The notes: generated by a model from the letters alone, not told the origin. A DNA stretch of 64,000 bases from Pyrinomonadaceae bacterium (GCA_046313635.1 JBKBYA010000003.1:128001-192000), one strand, 5' to 3'. Shown: positions 36,227 through 47,448, counted from the stretch's first letter. Numbers and translations: made by a program.

Positions 36227-36979
36227 ATGTCGATCCAGAACGTACGAGAAGAAATCGACCAGACGACCGGCCCCGAGCCGGTCGAGATCGGCGAGGAGCT
36301 TGCGGGCCGCGGCGAGGTGCCGGTGCCGTGGTACACATATACGTTCGTCATCTGCATTCTTGCGGTGACGGTCGCGCAGCTTGCGACCGATCTTGACGGC
36401 TCGATACTGGCGGCGGGTTTTGTCAAACCGGAGTTCGCGCGGGGCGAGTACTGGCGCATCCTTACCGGAGCGACGGCGCACGGCGGTCTCGCTCACGCCG
36501 CGCTGAACGGCTACGCGCTCTACAGCTTTGGCCGAATATTCGAGCTGCTCTCAAACCGCGCTCACCTCGCGATAGTGATGCTGATCGCGGCGGTCGCGGG
36601 CGGTCTGCTTAGTTTTGCTTTCGTGCCCGAGGGCATCTCGGTCGGCGCGTCGGGCGGCATTGTCGGGCTGCTGTCGTATCTGGCGGTCTACGCCTTTAAG
36701 CGGTACCAGTTCATCTCGCCCGAATTCAGACGCAGCCTGCTGATCAATATCGGATTCATAATATTGTTCGGCCTTGCTCTCTATCAGCTGATCGATAACT
36801 GGGGACACATCGGCGGGCTTATCGCCGGAGCGGTTTACGGTTTTGTGCAGATACCTCGCGACCCGTACGTCGATCCCGCCGTCGCGTCGCCCGCGACACA
36901 GGTCGCCGGCGTGATCTGTCTCGGCGCGTATATCGCCGCGTCGATATTCAGCATTCTCCTTATCCTGAAATGGCTCTAG
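36227..36979 (+). CDS. Rhomboid intramembrane serine protease
   Basis: WR, H...H...N, GASG, HIGG motifs. Confidence 0.9.
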   Translation: MSIQNVREEIDQTTGPEPVEIGEELAGRGEVPVPWYTYTFVICILAVTVAQLATDLDGSILAAGFVKPEFARGEYWRILTGATAHGGLAHAALNGYALYSFGRIFELLSNRAHLAIVMLIAAVAGGLLSFAFVPEGISVGASGGIVGLLSYLAVYAFKRYQFISPEFRRSLLINIGFIILFGLALYQLIDNWGHIGGLIAGAVYGFVQIPRDPYVDPAVASPATQVAGVICLGAYIAASIFSILLILKWL

Positions 36980-37003
36980 GCCCAGGATCTTCCGATCGAA
37001 ACG

Positions 37004-37627
37004 ATGCCGCGCGTCAGAGTACACCAGCACGTCAATCCGCTTGCTCCGTTTTACCGCCAGGCCCCGCAGCCGGTTGACCTCGGAACGGCGTTCGCCGACC
37101 CCGAGAGGCCGCTGCTGCTCGACATCGGCTGCGCCCGCGGCCGCTTTTTGCTGCGAATGGCGGCCGCCGAGCCGTCGTGGAATTATCTCGGCGTCGAGAT
37201 CCGCGAGCCGCTCGTCGCCGAAGCTAACCGCATCGCTGCCGAACAGGGGCTGACCAATCTGCATTACGTCTTCTGCAACGCGATGCTCTGGCTCGACCGG
37301 CTGCTGAGCGACATTCCCGACGGACGGCTGCAAATGGTCACGATCCAGTTCCCGGATCCGTGGTTCAAGAAAAAGCACGCCAAGCGAAGGATGGTGAATC
37401 CGGATCTGATCCGGGCCGTGATGGAAAAGCTCGCCGACCGGGGCCGGATATTCGTGCAGACCGACATCGAGTTCTTGGCCGAGGAGATGTTTGGGATGTT
37501 CCGCGCCGACGAGCGGCTGAGCGAGATCGAGGCAAAAGAAAATCCCTTCCCGGTAAAGACGGAAAGGGAAAAAGCGGTCGAGGACAAAGGGCTGCCCGTG
37601 TATCGGGCGATGTTTGAGCGGCGGTAG
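37004..37627 (+). CDS. trmB: tRNA (guanine-N7)-methyltransferase
   Basis: RVHQHVNP, DIGCARG, GVEIR, FPDPWFKKKH.KRR, QTD, TERE. Confidence 0.93.
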   Translation: MPRVRVHQHVNPLAPFYRQAPQPVDLGTAFADPERPLLLDIGCARGRFLLRMAAAEPSWNYLGVEIREPLVAEANRIAAEQGLTNLHYVFCNAMLWLDRLLSDIPDGRLQMVTIQFPDPWFKKKHAKRRMVNPDLIRAVMEKLADRGRIFVQTDIEFLAEEMFGMFRADERLSEIEAKENPFPVKTEREKAVEDKGLPVYRAMFERR

Positions 37628-38119
37628 CTACTTCCAGCTCTTTTCCTTTTTGAATCTCTTCACGACCATATCGCGGCGGAGCTTTGGCAAGTGATCGATG
37701 AATAGCTTGCCGTCGCAGTGGTCGGTCTCGTGGAGGAATGCGCGGGCCGCGTAGCCCTCGGCTTCGCGCTCGAACCATTCGCCCTTCTCGTCCTGCGCAC
37801 GCAGGGTCGCCTTCATCGGCCGGACGACGACAGCCGGGACCTTGCCGACCGACAGGCAGCCTTCGTGACCCGATTGCTCGCCTTCGGTGTGGATGATCTC
37901 GGGATTGGCGGCGATCAATTTGATCCCGTCGCAGTCCATTACAAAAAGTCGAAGGTTCAAGCCGATCTGCGGCGCCGCGAGGCCGACGCCCTCGGCGTCG
38001 TACATCGTGTCGAACATGTCCGCGCACAAAGCCTCGAGCTCGTCGCCAAATTCGGTCACCGGCTGCCCGACCTTGCCGAGCACTTCGGCCGGATATTCGC
38101 TGATCTTTCTGATCGCCAT
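37628..38119 (-). CDS. def: Peptide deformylase
   Basis: GVGLAAPQIG, EGCLS, HETDH. Confidence 0.96.
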   Translation of the reverse strand: MAIRKISEYPAEVLGKVGQPVTEFGDELEALCADMFDTMYDAEGVGLAAPQIGLNLRLFVMDCDGIKLIAANPEIIHTEGEQSGHEGCLSVGKVPAVVVRPMKATLRAQDEKGEWFEREAEGYAARAFLHETDHCDGKLFIDHLPKLRRDMVVKRFKKEKSWK

Positions 38120-38124
38120 CGGCG

Positions 38125-38334
38125 TTATCTGGGGATCACGCCCTGACGCGAGCTGCGGCGAAAGCCGCGATGAGTATTGAATCCCTTCTCCATCCGCGCC
38201 ACGCACTCCCAGCACACGACGCGCCGTTCATTGGTCGGCAGCAGCCACTCGTTGTAATGCTCCATCACGCGGTCGCACTCGTCGCAGCGAGCTGGCGGCC
38301 TTTCGTTTATCTTCGGATCGAATGAATCAACCAT
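38125..38334 (-). CDS. Small Cys-pair (zinc-ribbon-like) hypothetical protein
   Basis: CDEC...CWEC; fills the gap upstream of def on the same strand. Confidence 0.6.
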   Translation of the reverse strand: MVDSFDPKINERPPARCDECDRVMEHYNEWLLPTNERRVVCWECVARMEKGFNTHRGFRRSSRQGVIPR

Positions 38335-38414
38335 CTCGGGCTCAATTCTCCTGAATATCACTGATCTGATCTGTCGTCAGTTTAAAACGAGCGTCGGCAA
38401 AATGCCACGCCGAC

Positions 38415-38447
38415 AAAAAAAGCGAGCGAAGGCGGCCTCGCTCGCTG
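38415..38447 (-). terminator. Rho-independent terminator after ferredoxin
   Basis: A-run then AGCGAGCGA-AGGCGGCC-TCGCTCGCT hairpin. Confidence 0.75.
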
Positions 38448-38469
38448 CGTTCAAAAAAGATGTGCGTGT

Positions 38470-38766
38470 CTATTCGGGCTGGCCCTTGCAGTTCGGCCCG
38501 TAGAGTGCCGGGATCTTGGTGCTGATGATGGGGTAATTCTCGGCCTCTTTGTTCTTTTCGAGCCACTCGGCGTACTCCGGCGGGTATGACATATCCGAAT
38601 AGATCGCCTCGACCGGACACTCAGGCAAACAGGCGTCGCAGTCGATGCAGGTGTCCGGATTGATGAGCAGACGATCGGGCAGTTCGTGAAAGGCCTCGAC
38701 CGGGCAGACCGCGGCGCAGTCGGTGTATTTGCAGTCGATGCAGGGCTCGGTGACGATGTAGGTCAT
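38470..38766 (-). CDS. Ferredoxin (7Fe FdxA-like)
   Basis: MTYIVTEPCIDCKYTDC..VCPV and CIDCDAC.PECPV. Confidence 0.93.
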   Translation of the reverse strand: MTYIVTEPCIDCKYTDCAAVCPVEAFHELPDRLLINPDTCIDCDACLPECPVEAIYSDMSYPPEYAEWLEKNKEAENYPIISTKIPALYGPNCKGQPE

Positions 38767-38912
38767 CTTGTCTCGAAAGTCTCCTTAACTTATCGAAAAA
38801 CCAAAGTTAGAAGCTAATATTCAGAACAAAACTTGTCAAACTTAAAGGCCCAAATGATAGAATGCCCTAAACCCGAGCTTAGACAATAGTTGTAGTTCCA
38901 CTGCGAAATCGG

Positions 38913-39956
38913 ATGAAAAAGATCAAAGCTGAATATGAATTGGCGCTGGACTTTTTGCGCGTGACCGAGGCCGCGGCCATCGAGGCCGCAAAGACGATGG
39001 GCCAGGGCGACCGCAAGCATTCCGACCACGTTGCCGTCGAGGCGATGCGAGAGGTGATGGATACGGTGCCGATGAAGGGCCGCATCGTAATCGGCGAGGG
39101 CGAGCGCGACGAGGCCCCGATGCTCTACATCGGCGAAGAGGTCGGCGGAGGTTCGTTTTCGGCGGAGGCTCGCGACGGATTTCCCGAGGTCGACATAGCG
39201 GTCGACCCGCTCGAGGGGACCAACCTCTGCGCGCTCGGCGCGAATAACGCGATCGCCGTGCTCGCCGCCGCCGAACGAGGGGGCCTGCTCAACGCTCCCG
39301 ACATTTACATGGACAAGATCGTCGTCGGCCCGTCGTGCCGAGGCGCGATCGACATCGACGCGCCCGTCGAGGACAATCTCAAGAATATCGCCCGCCGCCT
39401 CGGCCGCGATGTCGACGATCTGACCGTCATCTGTCTCGACAGGCCGCGGCACAAACAGCTCATACAGGACGTGCGAGCGACCGGGGCCCGCATCCGCCTG
39501 ATCTCCGACGGCGATCTCTCGGCGGGCATCTCGGCTGCGGTCGCAGGCACAAACATTCACGCACTGATGGGCATCGGCGGCGCTCCCGAAGGCGTCCTGA
39601 CCGCCGCGGCGATGAAGTGCCTCAACGGCGAGATACAGGCCAAGCTCGTCTTTGACCCGTCGCGGCTCGGAATCGACCGCACAAAGGTGCCGCCCGAGGC
39701 CGAGGTCATGAAGCGGCTCCACAAGATGGGCATCAGCGACCCCGACAAGATCTACGACACCAACGACCTCGCTCCAGGTAAGCGGATAATTTTCGCCGCG
39801 ACCGGCGTGACCGACGGAGCGCTGCTCAAGGGCGTTCGATTCTTCGGCGCGGGCAAGCGGACGCACTCGCTCGTGATGACCACCGAGAACAAGATGATCC
39901 GCTTTGTTGACACGGTTCACGTCGAGGGCGGGCCGGATGCGGTGATCAGATTCTAG
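38913..39956 (+). CDS. glpX: Class II fructose-1,6-bisphosphatase
   Basis: [53 protein letters not shown]. Confidence 0.96.
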   Translation: MKKIKAEYELALDFLRVTEAAAIEAAKTMGQGDRKHSDHVAVEAMREVMDTVPMKGRIVIGEGERDEAPMLYIGEEVGGGSFSAEARDGFPEVDIAVDPLEGTNLCALGANNAIAVLAAAERGGLLNAPDIYMDKIVVGPSCRGAIDIDAPVEDNLKNIARRLGRDVDDLTVICLDRPRHKQLIQDVRATGARIRLISDGDLSAGISAAVAGTNIHALMGIGGAPEGVLTAAAMKCLNGEIQAKLVFDPSRLGIDRTKVPPEAEVMKRLHKMGISDPDKIYDTNDLAPGKRIIFAATGVTDGALLKGVRFFGAGKRTHSLVMTTENKMIRFVDTVHVEGGPDAVIRF

Positions 39957-39992
39957 TGGACCCGTAGGTCCTATAGGACCGATGCGACCTGT

Positions 39993-42440
39993 ATGACCGA
40001 TTCAAGACCCTACGTCCTCGATCTCGACCAGGTGGGTGCCGACGACGTCGCGCTCGTCGGCGGCAAGTGCGCGAGCCTTGGTGAATTGTTTCGCGAGCTG
40101 ACCGGGCAGGGCGTGCGCGCGGTCGACGGATTTTCGACGACGAGCCACGCGTACGAGGTGCTGCTCGAGACCGGCGGCGTGCGAAAGCGTTTGCAAAAGC
40201 TGCTCAAGGGACTCGACGTCGACGACCTCGCAGAACTCGAGCGCGTCGGCGCAGAGGCGCGGCAGATGATACTCGACACGCCGTTTCCCGACGAGGTGGA
40301 ACGTTCGATCGTCGACGCCTACGACCGACTATGCGAGCGTGTGGGGAAGCGTGAATGCGAGGTCGCCGTGCGCTCGTCGGCAACGGCTGAGGACCTGCCC
40401 GATGCTTCGTTTGCCGGCCAGCAGGACACCATCCTGAATGTGAAGGGCCGCGTAAGGCTGATCGAGGCGTGCCGCCAGTGTTACGCCTCGCTCTGGACCG
40501 ACCGCGCGATCTCATACCGTCAGACAAAAGGATTCGATCATTTCGATGTCGCACTCTCGATCGGCGTGCAGCCGATGGTGCGGTCGGACGCGGCGTGCTC
40601 GGGCGTGATGTTCACCATCGACACCGAGAGCGGATTTCGCGATGCGGTCGTGATCAACGGTGCGTGGGGATTGGGTGAGGCGATCGTGCAGGGAATGACG
40701 ACGCCCGACGAATGGATCGTCTTCAAGCCGACGCTCGATCTCGGATTTCGCCCGATCGTCACACGCAAGCTCGGCAGCAAAGAGGTCAAGATGATCTTTG
40801 CCGAGGAGGGCCCGGGCACTCAGGTCAAGGACGTCGTCGAGACGCAGCGAAACCGCTTCTGTCTCGCGGGCTTTGAAGTCATCCAGCTCGCCAAATGGGC
40901 GTGCGCGATCGAGAAGCATTATTCGCAGCGTGCCGGCCGCCACCAGCCGATGGACATCGAATGGGCAAAGGACGGCGTCACAGGCGAGCTCTTTATCCTG
41001 CAGGCACGGCCCGAGACCGTCCACGCGCAGAGCGACCAGACCTATATCGAGCGGTACAGGCTCACGGGCGCTCACGGAGCTCCGCTCGTGACCGGCGTCG
41101 CCGTCGGCGACAAGATCGGCCAAGGCACCGCGCACATTCTCAACGATCCTGAAAAGCTGCGCACCTTTCGCGAGGGCGAGATCCTCGTCACGACGATGAC
41201 CGACCCGGCGTGGGAGCCGATCATGAAGCGCGCCTCGGCGATCGTCACCGAACGCGGCGGCCGTACGTGTCACAGCGCGATCATCAGCCGCGAGCTCGGC
41301 ATCCCGTGCATCGTCGGCACCGGCAACGCGACCGAGGTCATTCGCAGCGGAACGGAGATCACCGTCTCGTGCGCCGAGGGCGATCAGGGAAACGTTTATT
41401 ACGGCCGTGTCGATTTCGAGGTCGAACGGCAGGAGATCAGCGACAAGCAGCGGCCGCGAACGCAGGTGATGATGAATGTCGGCGACCCGGACCACGCCTT
41501 TGCCGTCTCGCGTCTGCCGAATGACGGCGTAGGACTTGCCCGGCTCGAGTTCATCATCAACAACCACATCGGCATTCACCCGATGGCGCTCTGCAATTAT
41601 CCGAACCTGCGCCGCAAGGAGGACGTCGAGGAGATCTCAAAACGCATCCTCGAGGAAGATCCTAAAGAGTTCTTTATCCGCAAGCTCGCCGAGGGCATCG
41701 GCCGCATCGCCGCCGCCTTTTATCCCAAGCCTGTGATCGTGCGGATGTCGGACTTCAAATCGAACGAGTACGCGATGCTGATCGGCGGCCGCGAATTCGA
41801 GCCGCACGAGGAAAATCCAATGCTCGGCTTTCGCGGCGCGTCTCGCTATTACGACGAGCGTTACCGGCCGGGCTTCAAGCTTGAATGCCAGGCGATGCTC
41901 CGTGTTCGCGAGGACATGGGCCTGACGAACGTCAAGGCGATGATCCCGTTCTGCCGCACGGTCGAAGAAGGCGAAAAGGTCATTCAATTGATGGCCGAGT
42001 TCGGTCTCGTGCAGGGCGAGAACGACCTCGAGATCTACGCGATGTGCGAGCTGCCGGCGAACGTGGTCTTTGCCGACGAGTTCTTAAAGGTATTTGACGG
42101 CTACTCGATCGGGTCGAATGACCTTACACAGCTCGCGCTCGGGCTCGACCGCGACTCGGAGATGGTCGCGCACCTTTTCGACGAGCGGAACGGTGCCGTT
42201 GAGAAGATGGTCGCGATGGCGATCGACGCTGCGAAACGCAACGGCAAGAAGATCGGCATCTGCGGGCAGGCACCTTCGGACTATCCGGAGTTTGCCGAGT
42301 TTCTCGTCGAGCGCGGCATCCATTCGATCTCGCTCAATCCCGACACGGTCATCCGGACGACGCAGCACATCCTCGAAACGGAAAAGCGGCTCGGCATCGA
42401 TCGGGCCGGCATCGAAGCGAGCACGACCGTCGCGAGCTAG
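39993..42440 (+). CDS. ppsA: Phosphoenolpyruvate synthase
   Basis: VGGKCASLGE, VRSSATAEDLPDASFAGQQ, GGRTCHSAII, EENPMLGFRGA, SIGSNDLTQ, GICGQAPSD. Confidence 0.97.
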   Translation: MTDSRPYVLDLDQVGADDVALVGGKCASLGELFRELTGQGVRAVDGFSTTSHAYEVLLETGGVRKRLQKLLKGLDVDDLAELERVGAEARQMILDTPFPDEVERSIVDAYDRLCERVGKRECEVAVRSSATAEDLPDASFAGQQDTILNVKGRVRLIEACRQCYASLWTDRAISYRQTKGFDHFDVALSIGVQPMVRSDAACSGVMFTIDTESGFRDAVVINGAWGLGEAIVQGMTTPDEWIVFKPTLDLGFRPIVTRKLGSKEVKMIFAEEGPGTQVKDVVETQRNRFCLAGFEVIQLAKWACAIEKHYSQRAGRHQPMDIEWAKDGVTGELFILQARPETVHAQSDQTYIERYRLTGAHGAPLVTGVAVGDKIGQGTAHILNDPEKLRTFREGEILVTTMTDPAWEPIMKRASAIVTERGGRTCHSAIISRELGIPCIVGTGNATEVIRSGTEITVSCAEGDQGNVYYGRVDFEVERQEISDKQRPRTQVMMNVGDPDHAFAVSRLPNDGVGLARLEFIINNHIGIHPMALCNYPNLRRKEDVEEISKRILEEDPKEFFIRKLAEGIGRIAAAFYPKPVIVRMSDFKSNEYAMLIGGREFEPHEENPMLGFRGASRYYDERYRPGFKLECQAMLRVREDMGLTNVKAMIPFCRTVEEGEKVIQLMAEFGLVQGENDLEIYAMCELPANVVFADEFLKVFDGYSIGSNDLTQLALGLDRDSEMVAHLFDERNGAVEKMVAMAIDAAKRNGKKIGICGQAPSDYPEFAEFLVERGIHSISLNPDTVIRTTQHILETEKRLGIDRAGIEASTTVAS

Positions 42441-42461
42441 CGCCGGTTAGAGCTAACGAGC

Positions 42462-43001
42462 GTGACCGGGACCGCAGAAAACTACATTTCCAGAGAAACG
42501 CGCTCGCGGTTTCGCAGACAGGCCCGCCAGGTTTGGTCGGCGGCCGCGATCTTCACGTTTGCGTGGCTGATCCTCATCGCGATCGCGCCGGTGTCTCGAA
42601 CGGCCGGCCGGATCGGGCTCGCCGATCTCGTCTACGGCTTCTTCGGGTTCTTATGTCACCAGATGCCGGAGCGTTCGCTGCATTTGGCAGGTGAGCCTTT
42701 AGCTGTGTGCTCGCGATGCTTTGGAGTGTATTTCGGTCTGTTTGCGGGGGTGCTGGTCTATCCGCTCTTCAAACCCGTCGATGCGATCGAGCCGCGTTCG
42801 CGGCTGTGGCTTTTCGCGTCGCTCCTGCCGATCGGCGCGGACTGGGCGTCGGGAGTGCTGGGCATCTGGGACAATACGCACCTCTCACGCTTCGGCACCG
42901 GCGCGATCCTCGGCGCGGTCTGTGCGTTCTACATCGTGCCGGCCGCCGTCGAGCTCGTCCGAAGCCTCGCATATCGACGGGCATTAAAAAGGGCCGCCTA
43001 A
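42462..43001 (+). CDS. DUF2085 membrane protein
   Basis: CHQMPERS...AVCSRC.G.Y.G motif, TMs. Confidence 0.85.
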   Translation: MTGTAENYISRETRSRFRRQARQVWSAAAIFTFAWLILIAIAPVSRTAGRIGLADLVYGFFGFLCHQMPERSLHLAGEPLAVCSRCFGVYFGLFAGVLVYPLFKPVDAIEPRSRLWLFASLLPIGADWASGVLGIWDNTHLSRFGTGAILGAVCAFYIVPAAVELVRSLAYRRALKRAA

Positions 43002-43210
43002 ATTTGGCGGCCTCAAGCTAATCTAAATCCGTTTCCGATATCAATTTTCGATAGCGTGTTCGGCAGTGCCTGTCGGGCACCCCTCGATGGTAAGTTTCAT
43101 TCTAACCATACGCTTTTGGTTTGGCAAGGCTTGTGAATCTTCGACGGCCGAACTTTCGTTGACTGCCCTCCGTAAAAGGTGGAAGATTACGAAAAGGAAG
43201 ACGCTCGATT

Positions 43211-43492
43211 ATGGGTTTTTCACAAGATTCGGCGGTCGCTGCGGCCAGACGCGATCTGGCGTCCAGGCTCGGTGTCGATGAGAGCACGATCGACGAGGTT
43301 TCGGTTGTCAAGACCGATTTCCCGGATATGTCGCTCGGAGCACCGGTCGACGGTGAGATGTCAGCGCAGATGATCGCGACCGGCTGGCGCATCGACCTTG
43401 CGGCTGACGGACAAAATTACGAGTACCGCGCCGACAAATATCAGCTTCGCCTGCGCAACTTCAAAGGTAGGAATTACGTCATAAACTCCTAG
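43211..43492 (+). CDS. Hypothetical protein
   Basis: 93 aa; ARRDLA.RLG...FPD.SLG.P..G..SAQ.I..GW.I.L....YEYR pattern looks like a conserved small domain. Confidence 0.65.
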   Translation: MGFSQDSAVAAARRDLASRLGVDESTIDEVSVVKTDFPDMSLGAPVDGEMSAQMIATGWRIDLAADGQNYEYRADKYQLRLRNFKGRNYVINS

Positions 43493-43533
43493 ATACTTCA
43501 GCACGGCCGAAACGCCGCAGGAGCAGTACCAAT

Positions 43534-44961
43534 ATGAACCGCAGTAACATCTGGATACACATCGGTCTTGCGGCCGTCGTGATCACGTTCGCCGCCGTGC
43601 TGGGGCAGATCGACCGCTGGAAAAACTCGCTTCGCACGCCGAGCGGCTCCGAAGTCATGCTCCGCGCATCGGACGACGCCGAGCCTGCAGGTCGTGGAAC
43701 CGGCGAGCCCGAGGTCCTCGTCAGATTCAAGCCCGGCGTGACGCTCGGTGCGATCAGGTTTGTGACCGCCCGTAATCACGACGCCGTCGCCGACGAGATC
43801 GAGTCGGTCGGCGGGCTCGTCGCGATCGACGATCTCGACGACGCAGACCCGCAGGCGGTTGCAGACCAGTACGCGCGTATGAGCGATCTGGTCGCGTACG
43901 CCGAGCCGAATTTCGAGATCGAGCTTGACGACCCGGCTCCCGGACGTTCGACCGCCGACGGCGATCCGAATACATACGAGTACGGCCAGCCGAACGACCC
44001 GCAGTTCGCCGATCAGTGGGCGCTGCACAACGTCGGGCAAAATGGCGGCAAACAGCGAGCCGACATCGACGCGCTCAAGGCGTGGGCGAGGACGCACGGC
44101 AGCGAGGATGTCGTCGTCGCCGTGCTCGACAGCGGCGTCGATTATACGCATCTCGATCTGCAGTCGAATATGTGGATGCGGCCCGAGCGGATGCCGGCCT
44201 ATATCGACGACGAGCTCGGCTCGTTTGACGACGAACGCGGATTTGACGTCGATGCCGGCGTCTCGGGCGACCCGATGGACGACAACGGCCACGGCACGCA
44301 CGTCGCGGGCATCATCGGAGCCGAGGGCGACAACGGCGAGGGCATCGCCGGCGTGAACTGGAACGTCCGGATCATGCCGCTCAAGTTCCTGGGCCGCGGC
44401 GGCTTCGGCACGGCAAAGGACGCGATCGCCGCGATCAACTACGCCATCGACCGCAAGAGCAAGGGCGTGAATATCCGCGTCATCAACGCAAGCTGGGGCT
44501 CGACGTCGAGGTCCAAGGCGCTCGAGGACGTCATCCGCGCGGCGGGCGACGCGGGGATCTTGTTCGTCGCCGCAGCGGGCAATAACGGCACCGATAACGA
44601 CAGGCGTCCGCACTACCCGTCAAACTACGACCTGCCGAACGTGATCAGCGTCGCGTCGCTCGACAATACAGATCAGCTGTCGTCATTCTCAAACTTCGGC
44701 GCAAAGACCGTGCACATCGCCGCACCGGGCCGCGAGATCCTCTCGACCTGGCTCGGCGATCAATATCGCGAAGCTTCGGGCACCTCGATGGCGACGCCTT
44801 ATGTTTCGGGTGTGGCGGCGTTGATCGTTGCCAGCGACCCGAAGATCACCGTCGCGGAGCTCCGCAAGCGGCTGTTGAATTCGGTCGACAAGATCGACGC
44901 GCTTGCGGGCAAGGTCGCGAGCGGCGGCCGGATCAACGCCGCAAAGGCGCTCGGAGAATAA
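43534..44961 (+). CDS. S8 subtilisin-family serine peptidase
   Basis: VAVLDSGVD, HGTHVAG, AAAGN, SGTSMATP triad motifs; N-terminal TM and propeptide. Confidence 0.95.
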   Translation: MNRSNIWIHIGLAAVVITFAAVLGQIDRWKNSLRTPSGSEVMLRASDDAEPAGRGTGEPEVLVRFKPGVTLGAIRFVTARNHDAVADEIESVGGLVAIDDLDDADPQAVADQYARMSDLVAYAEPNFEIELDDPAPGRSTADGDPNTYEYGQPNDPQFADQWALHNVGQNGGKQRADIDALKAWARTHGSEDVVVAVLDSGVDYTHLDLQSNMWMRPERMPAYIDDELGSFDDERGFDVDAGVSGDPMDDNGHGTHVAGIIGAEGDNGEGIAGVNWNVRIMPLKFLGRGGFGTAKDAIAAINYAIDRKSKGVNIRVINASWGSTSRSKALEDVIRAAGDAGILFVAAAGNNGTDNDRRPHYPSNYDLPNVISVASLDNTDQLSSFSNFGAKTVHIAAPGREILSTWLGDQYREASGTSMATPYVSGVAALIVASDPKITVAELRKRLLNSVDKIDALAGKVASGGRINAAKALGE

Positions 44962-45162
44962 CGAGTCGGATGCACACTGGACGGCCCGGCCGGCTCGCCC
45001 AAGCCGCCGAGCCGTTTCTCTATTGCGACAGACGTTTACCTTGCTTGCCAACCGTAAAAAAACTAGAATTAGCCGTTGTTTGTTCAATGCCGACAGGCCC
45101 GATCCTTTACGTGCTCCGCGCTGCAAGATAGATCAGTAGTTTTGCAGGTTTGATCGTACTTA

Positions 45163-47427
45163 ATGAGAGAGTGTCAGCTCTGTAAGCACTGTTTCACCGA
45201 CGACGTCGCCGCCTGCCCGAATGATGGTATGCCCACCGCGCACACCATCAACGGCGAACCGGTGCTCGAAGGCAAATACCATCTCGAGCTCCGCCTCGGG
45301 CAGGGCGGGATGGGCGTCGTTTACAAGGCGCGGCACGCATACCTAAAGACCTATCACGCGATCAAGATCATCCTGCCCGACCTGGTCGGCAACGACCCGC
45401 AGCTCGTGACGCGCTTTCGTCAAGAGGCGCTCGCGGCCGCAGCCATTCGTCATCAGAACGTCGTCGCCGTGACCGATTACGGCGTGATACAGGGCTCGAT
45501 TCCGTTTCTCGTGATGGAGTACGTCGAGGGCGAGTCGCTCCACGACCTGCTCGCTCGCGAAAAGCGCTTGTCGCCCGAGATGGCCTTCGAGCTGATATCG
45601 GCCGTCTGTGCGGGCGTCGGCGCGGCGCATCATCAGGGCATCGTTCACCGCGACCTCAAGCCGCTGAACATAATGATCTGCAAGGACAAGCCGAGCATTT
45701 CACAGGCGGTGAAGATACTCGACTTCGGTCTGGCAAAGATCAAGTCCGGCGAGCTGCTCGGGTCATTCATACAGGCACAGACGACCGGGCTGATGGGCTC
45801 GCCCTACTATATGGCCCCCGAGCAGTGGTCCGACGACGACCCCGACGCGAGGTCAGACATATACTCGCTCGGCGTGATGCTTTTTCAGATGATGACGGGT
45901 GATGTGCCATTTAAGGGCTCGTCGATACCGGCGATCATGAAAAAGCACATCAGCGATCCGCCGCCGACATTTGCCGAGGTCGGACTCACGGTCACGCCCG
46001 AGATCGAGCAGGCCGTCCGCCACACGCTGCAAAAAGATCCGGACAACCGGACGCCGACCGTCGAGGCGATGGTCGACGAGCTCCGCGCGGCGATCTATCC
46101 GGCGGGGATCGGCATTCAAACGGCGGGCGGCGGACACAGCCTGCCCGTTTCGTCGCTGAATATCCGCACGCAGCCGCCGGGCTCGAACGTCTACGTTGAC
46201 AACGTGCCGGTCGGCCAGACGCGCGAGGACGGCTGGATCACGCTCAACGGCATCCAAAGCGGCAATCATCTCGTCCGCGTCAGTCACGACGGATTTGAAG
46301 ACTGGCTCGGCGACGTCGTCTGCGACGGCCGACCGCAGATGGTGCAGGCCGAGCTTCGCGCACGCGGCGAAGGCGGGGCCGCGCCGGCTGATGTCGGGCA
46401 GCGTTCGATCGGCGGGAGCCGCAGCATCGGGACGACGAGCGGATTTTCGAGAACGACACCCGAGATCGAAGAGGGCGACCAGACCATACTTCAAAACGTA
46501 AATACCGGTCCGGGCATCTTCTCCGACGCCGAAAGGCCGGCGCGCTCGACATTCTTTTCGCCTCTCGTCATCGCGATGCTCGTCGTCGTAGGGCTCGTCG
46601 GCTTAGCGGGAGCGGGCCTTGCCGGTGCGTATCTGCTCGGCGTTTTTGGGCCGTCGCGGCCGGCCGACACGCAGACTAATGCGAACGCCCGGCCGACAGC
46701 CTCGCCATCGCCGGCCTCGTCGACGGGCCCGGCGACCAGGGCCGAGATGGTATTGATCCCGGGCGGCACATTCAAAATGGGACGCAACGATGGACGCGAG
46801 AACGAGCGCCCCGAACACGAGGTCACGGTCAAGCCCTTTATGATGGACAAGACCGAGGTGACCAACGCCGAGTATTTCGAGTTTGTTAACGCGACCGGCC
46901 GCCGTCCGACGCCGGCGCATTGGGTCAACGACAAGCCCATTCCCGGGCAGGAGCAAATGCCCGTTCGTTTTGTGAGCTACGACGACGCCATGGCTTTTGC
47001 CGAGTGGCGCTCGCAGCGCGACGGCGTGGCGTACCGCCTGCCGACCGAAGAAGAATGGGAGTTTGCCGCACGCAACGGCGCCAAGGCCGATCTGTACCCG
47101 TGGGGCGACAAGTACGACGCCAAATGCGCCGTGCTCGACGAGCCGAGCCACGAGCCTAAAGCCGTCGGTTCAAGGTCTTGCCCCAACCAGTGGGGAGTCG
47201 TCGATCTGATCGGCAACGTCTTTGAATGGACGAGCTCGCCGCCGTCGCTCTATCCGGGCAGCCCGGGCACGCTCAAGCCTCTCAGCGAGTCGTACTATAT
47301 GGTCCGCGGTGGCTCGGCGCTGTACAAGTCGACCGGCCCGCTGGCGATCACCGCGACTTTCCGCCAAGAGGTTCCGGCAAAGAGGACCTTGGCCGAGCTG
47401 GGCTTCAGGCTCGTGAGGTCGCCGTAA
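45163..47427 (+). CDS. Ser/Thr protein kinase with PEGA-like domain, TM and C-terminal FGE/SUMF1 domain
   Basis: LGQGGMG, HRDLKPLN, DFG, YMAPEQ; F.MG...E.P.H.V, TEVTN, RLPTEEEWEFAAR, GNVFEW, RGGS, GFR. Confidence 0.93.
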   Translation: MRECQLCKHCFTDDVAACPNDGMPTAHTINGEPVLEGKYHLELRLGQGGMGVVYKARHAYLKTYHAIKIILPDLVGNDPQLVTRFRQEALAAAAIRHQNVVAVTDYGVIQGSIPFLVMEYVEGESLHDLLAREKRLSPEMAFELISAVCAGVGAAHHQGIVHRDLKPLNIMICKDKPSISQAVKILDFGLAKIKSGELLGSFIQAQTTGLMGSPYYMAPEQWSDDDPDARSDIYSLGVMLFQMMTGDVPFKGSSIPAIMKKHISDPPPTFAEVGLTVTPEIEQAVRHTLQKDPDNRTPTVEAMVDELRAAIYPAGIGIQTAGGGHSLPVSSLNIRTQPPGSNVYVDNVPVGQTREDGWITLNGIQSGNHLVRVSHDGFEDWLGDVVCDGRPQMVQAELRARGEGGAAPADVGQRSIGGSRSIGTTSGFSRTTPEIEEGDQTILQNVNTGPGIFSDAERPARSTFFSPLVIAMLVVVGLVGLAGAGLAGAYLLGVFGPSRPADTQTNANARPTASPSPASSTGPATRAEMVLIPGGTFKMGRNDGRENERPEHEVTVKPFMMDKTEVTNAEYFEFVNATGRRPTPAHWVNDKPIPGQEQMPVRFVSYDDAMAFAEWRSQRDGVAYRLPTEEEWEFAARNGAKADLYPWGDKYDAKCAVLDEPSHEPKAVGSRSCPNQWGVVDLIGNVFEWTSSPPSLYPGSPGTLKPLSESYYMVRGGSALYKSTGPLAITATFRQEVPAKRTLAELGFRLVRSP

Positions 47428-47448
47428 TGAGCTGCATCGGTCTTTGAT

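Noticed and set aside
39958..39992. Short 9-mer-like repeat (TAGGTCCTA/TAGGACCGA) between glpX and ppsA
   Set aside because: Too short and degenerate to call, though it may be a relic of another repeat family
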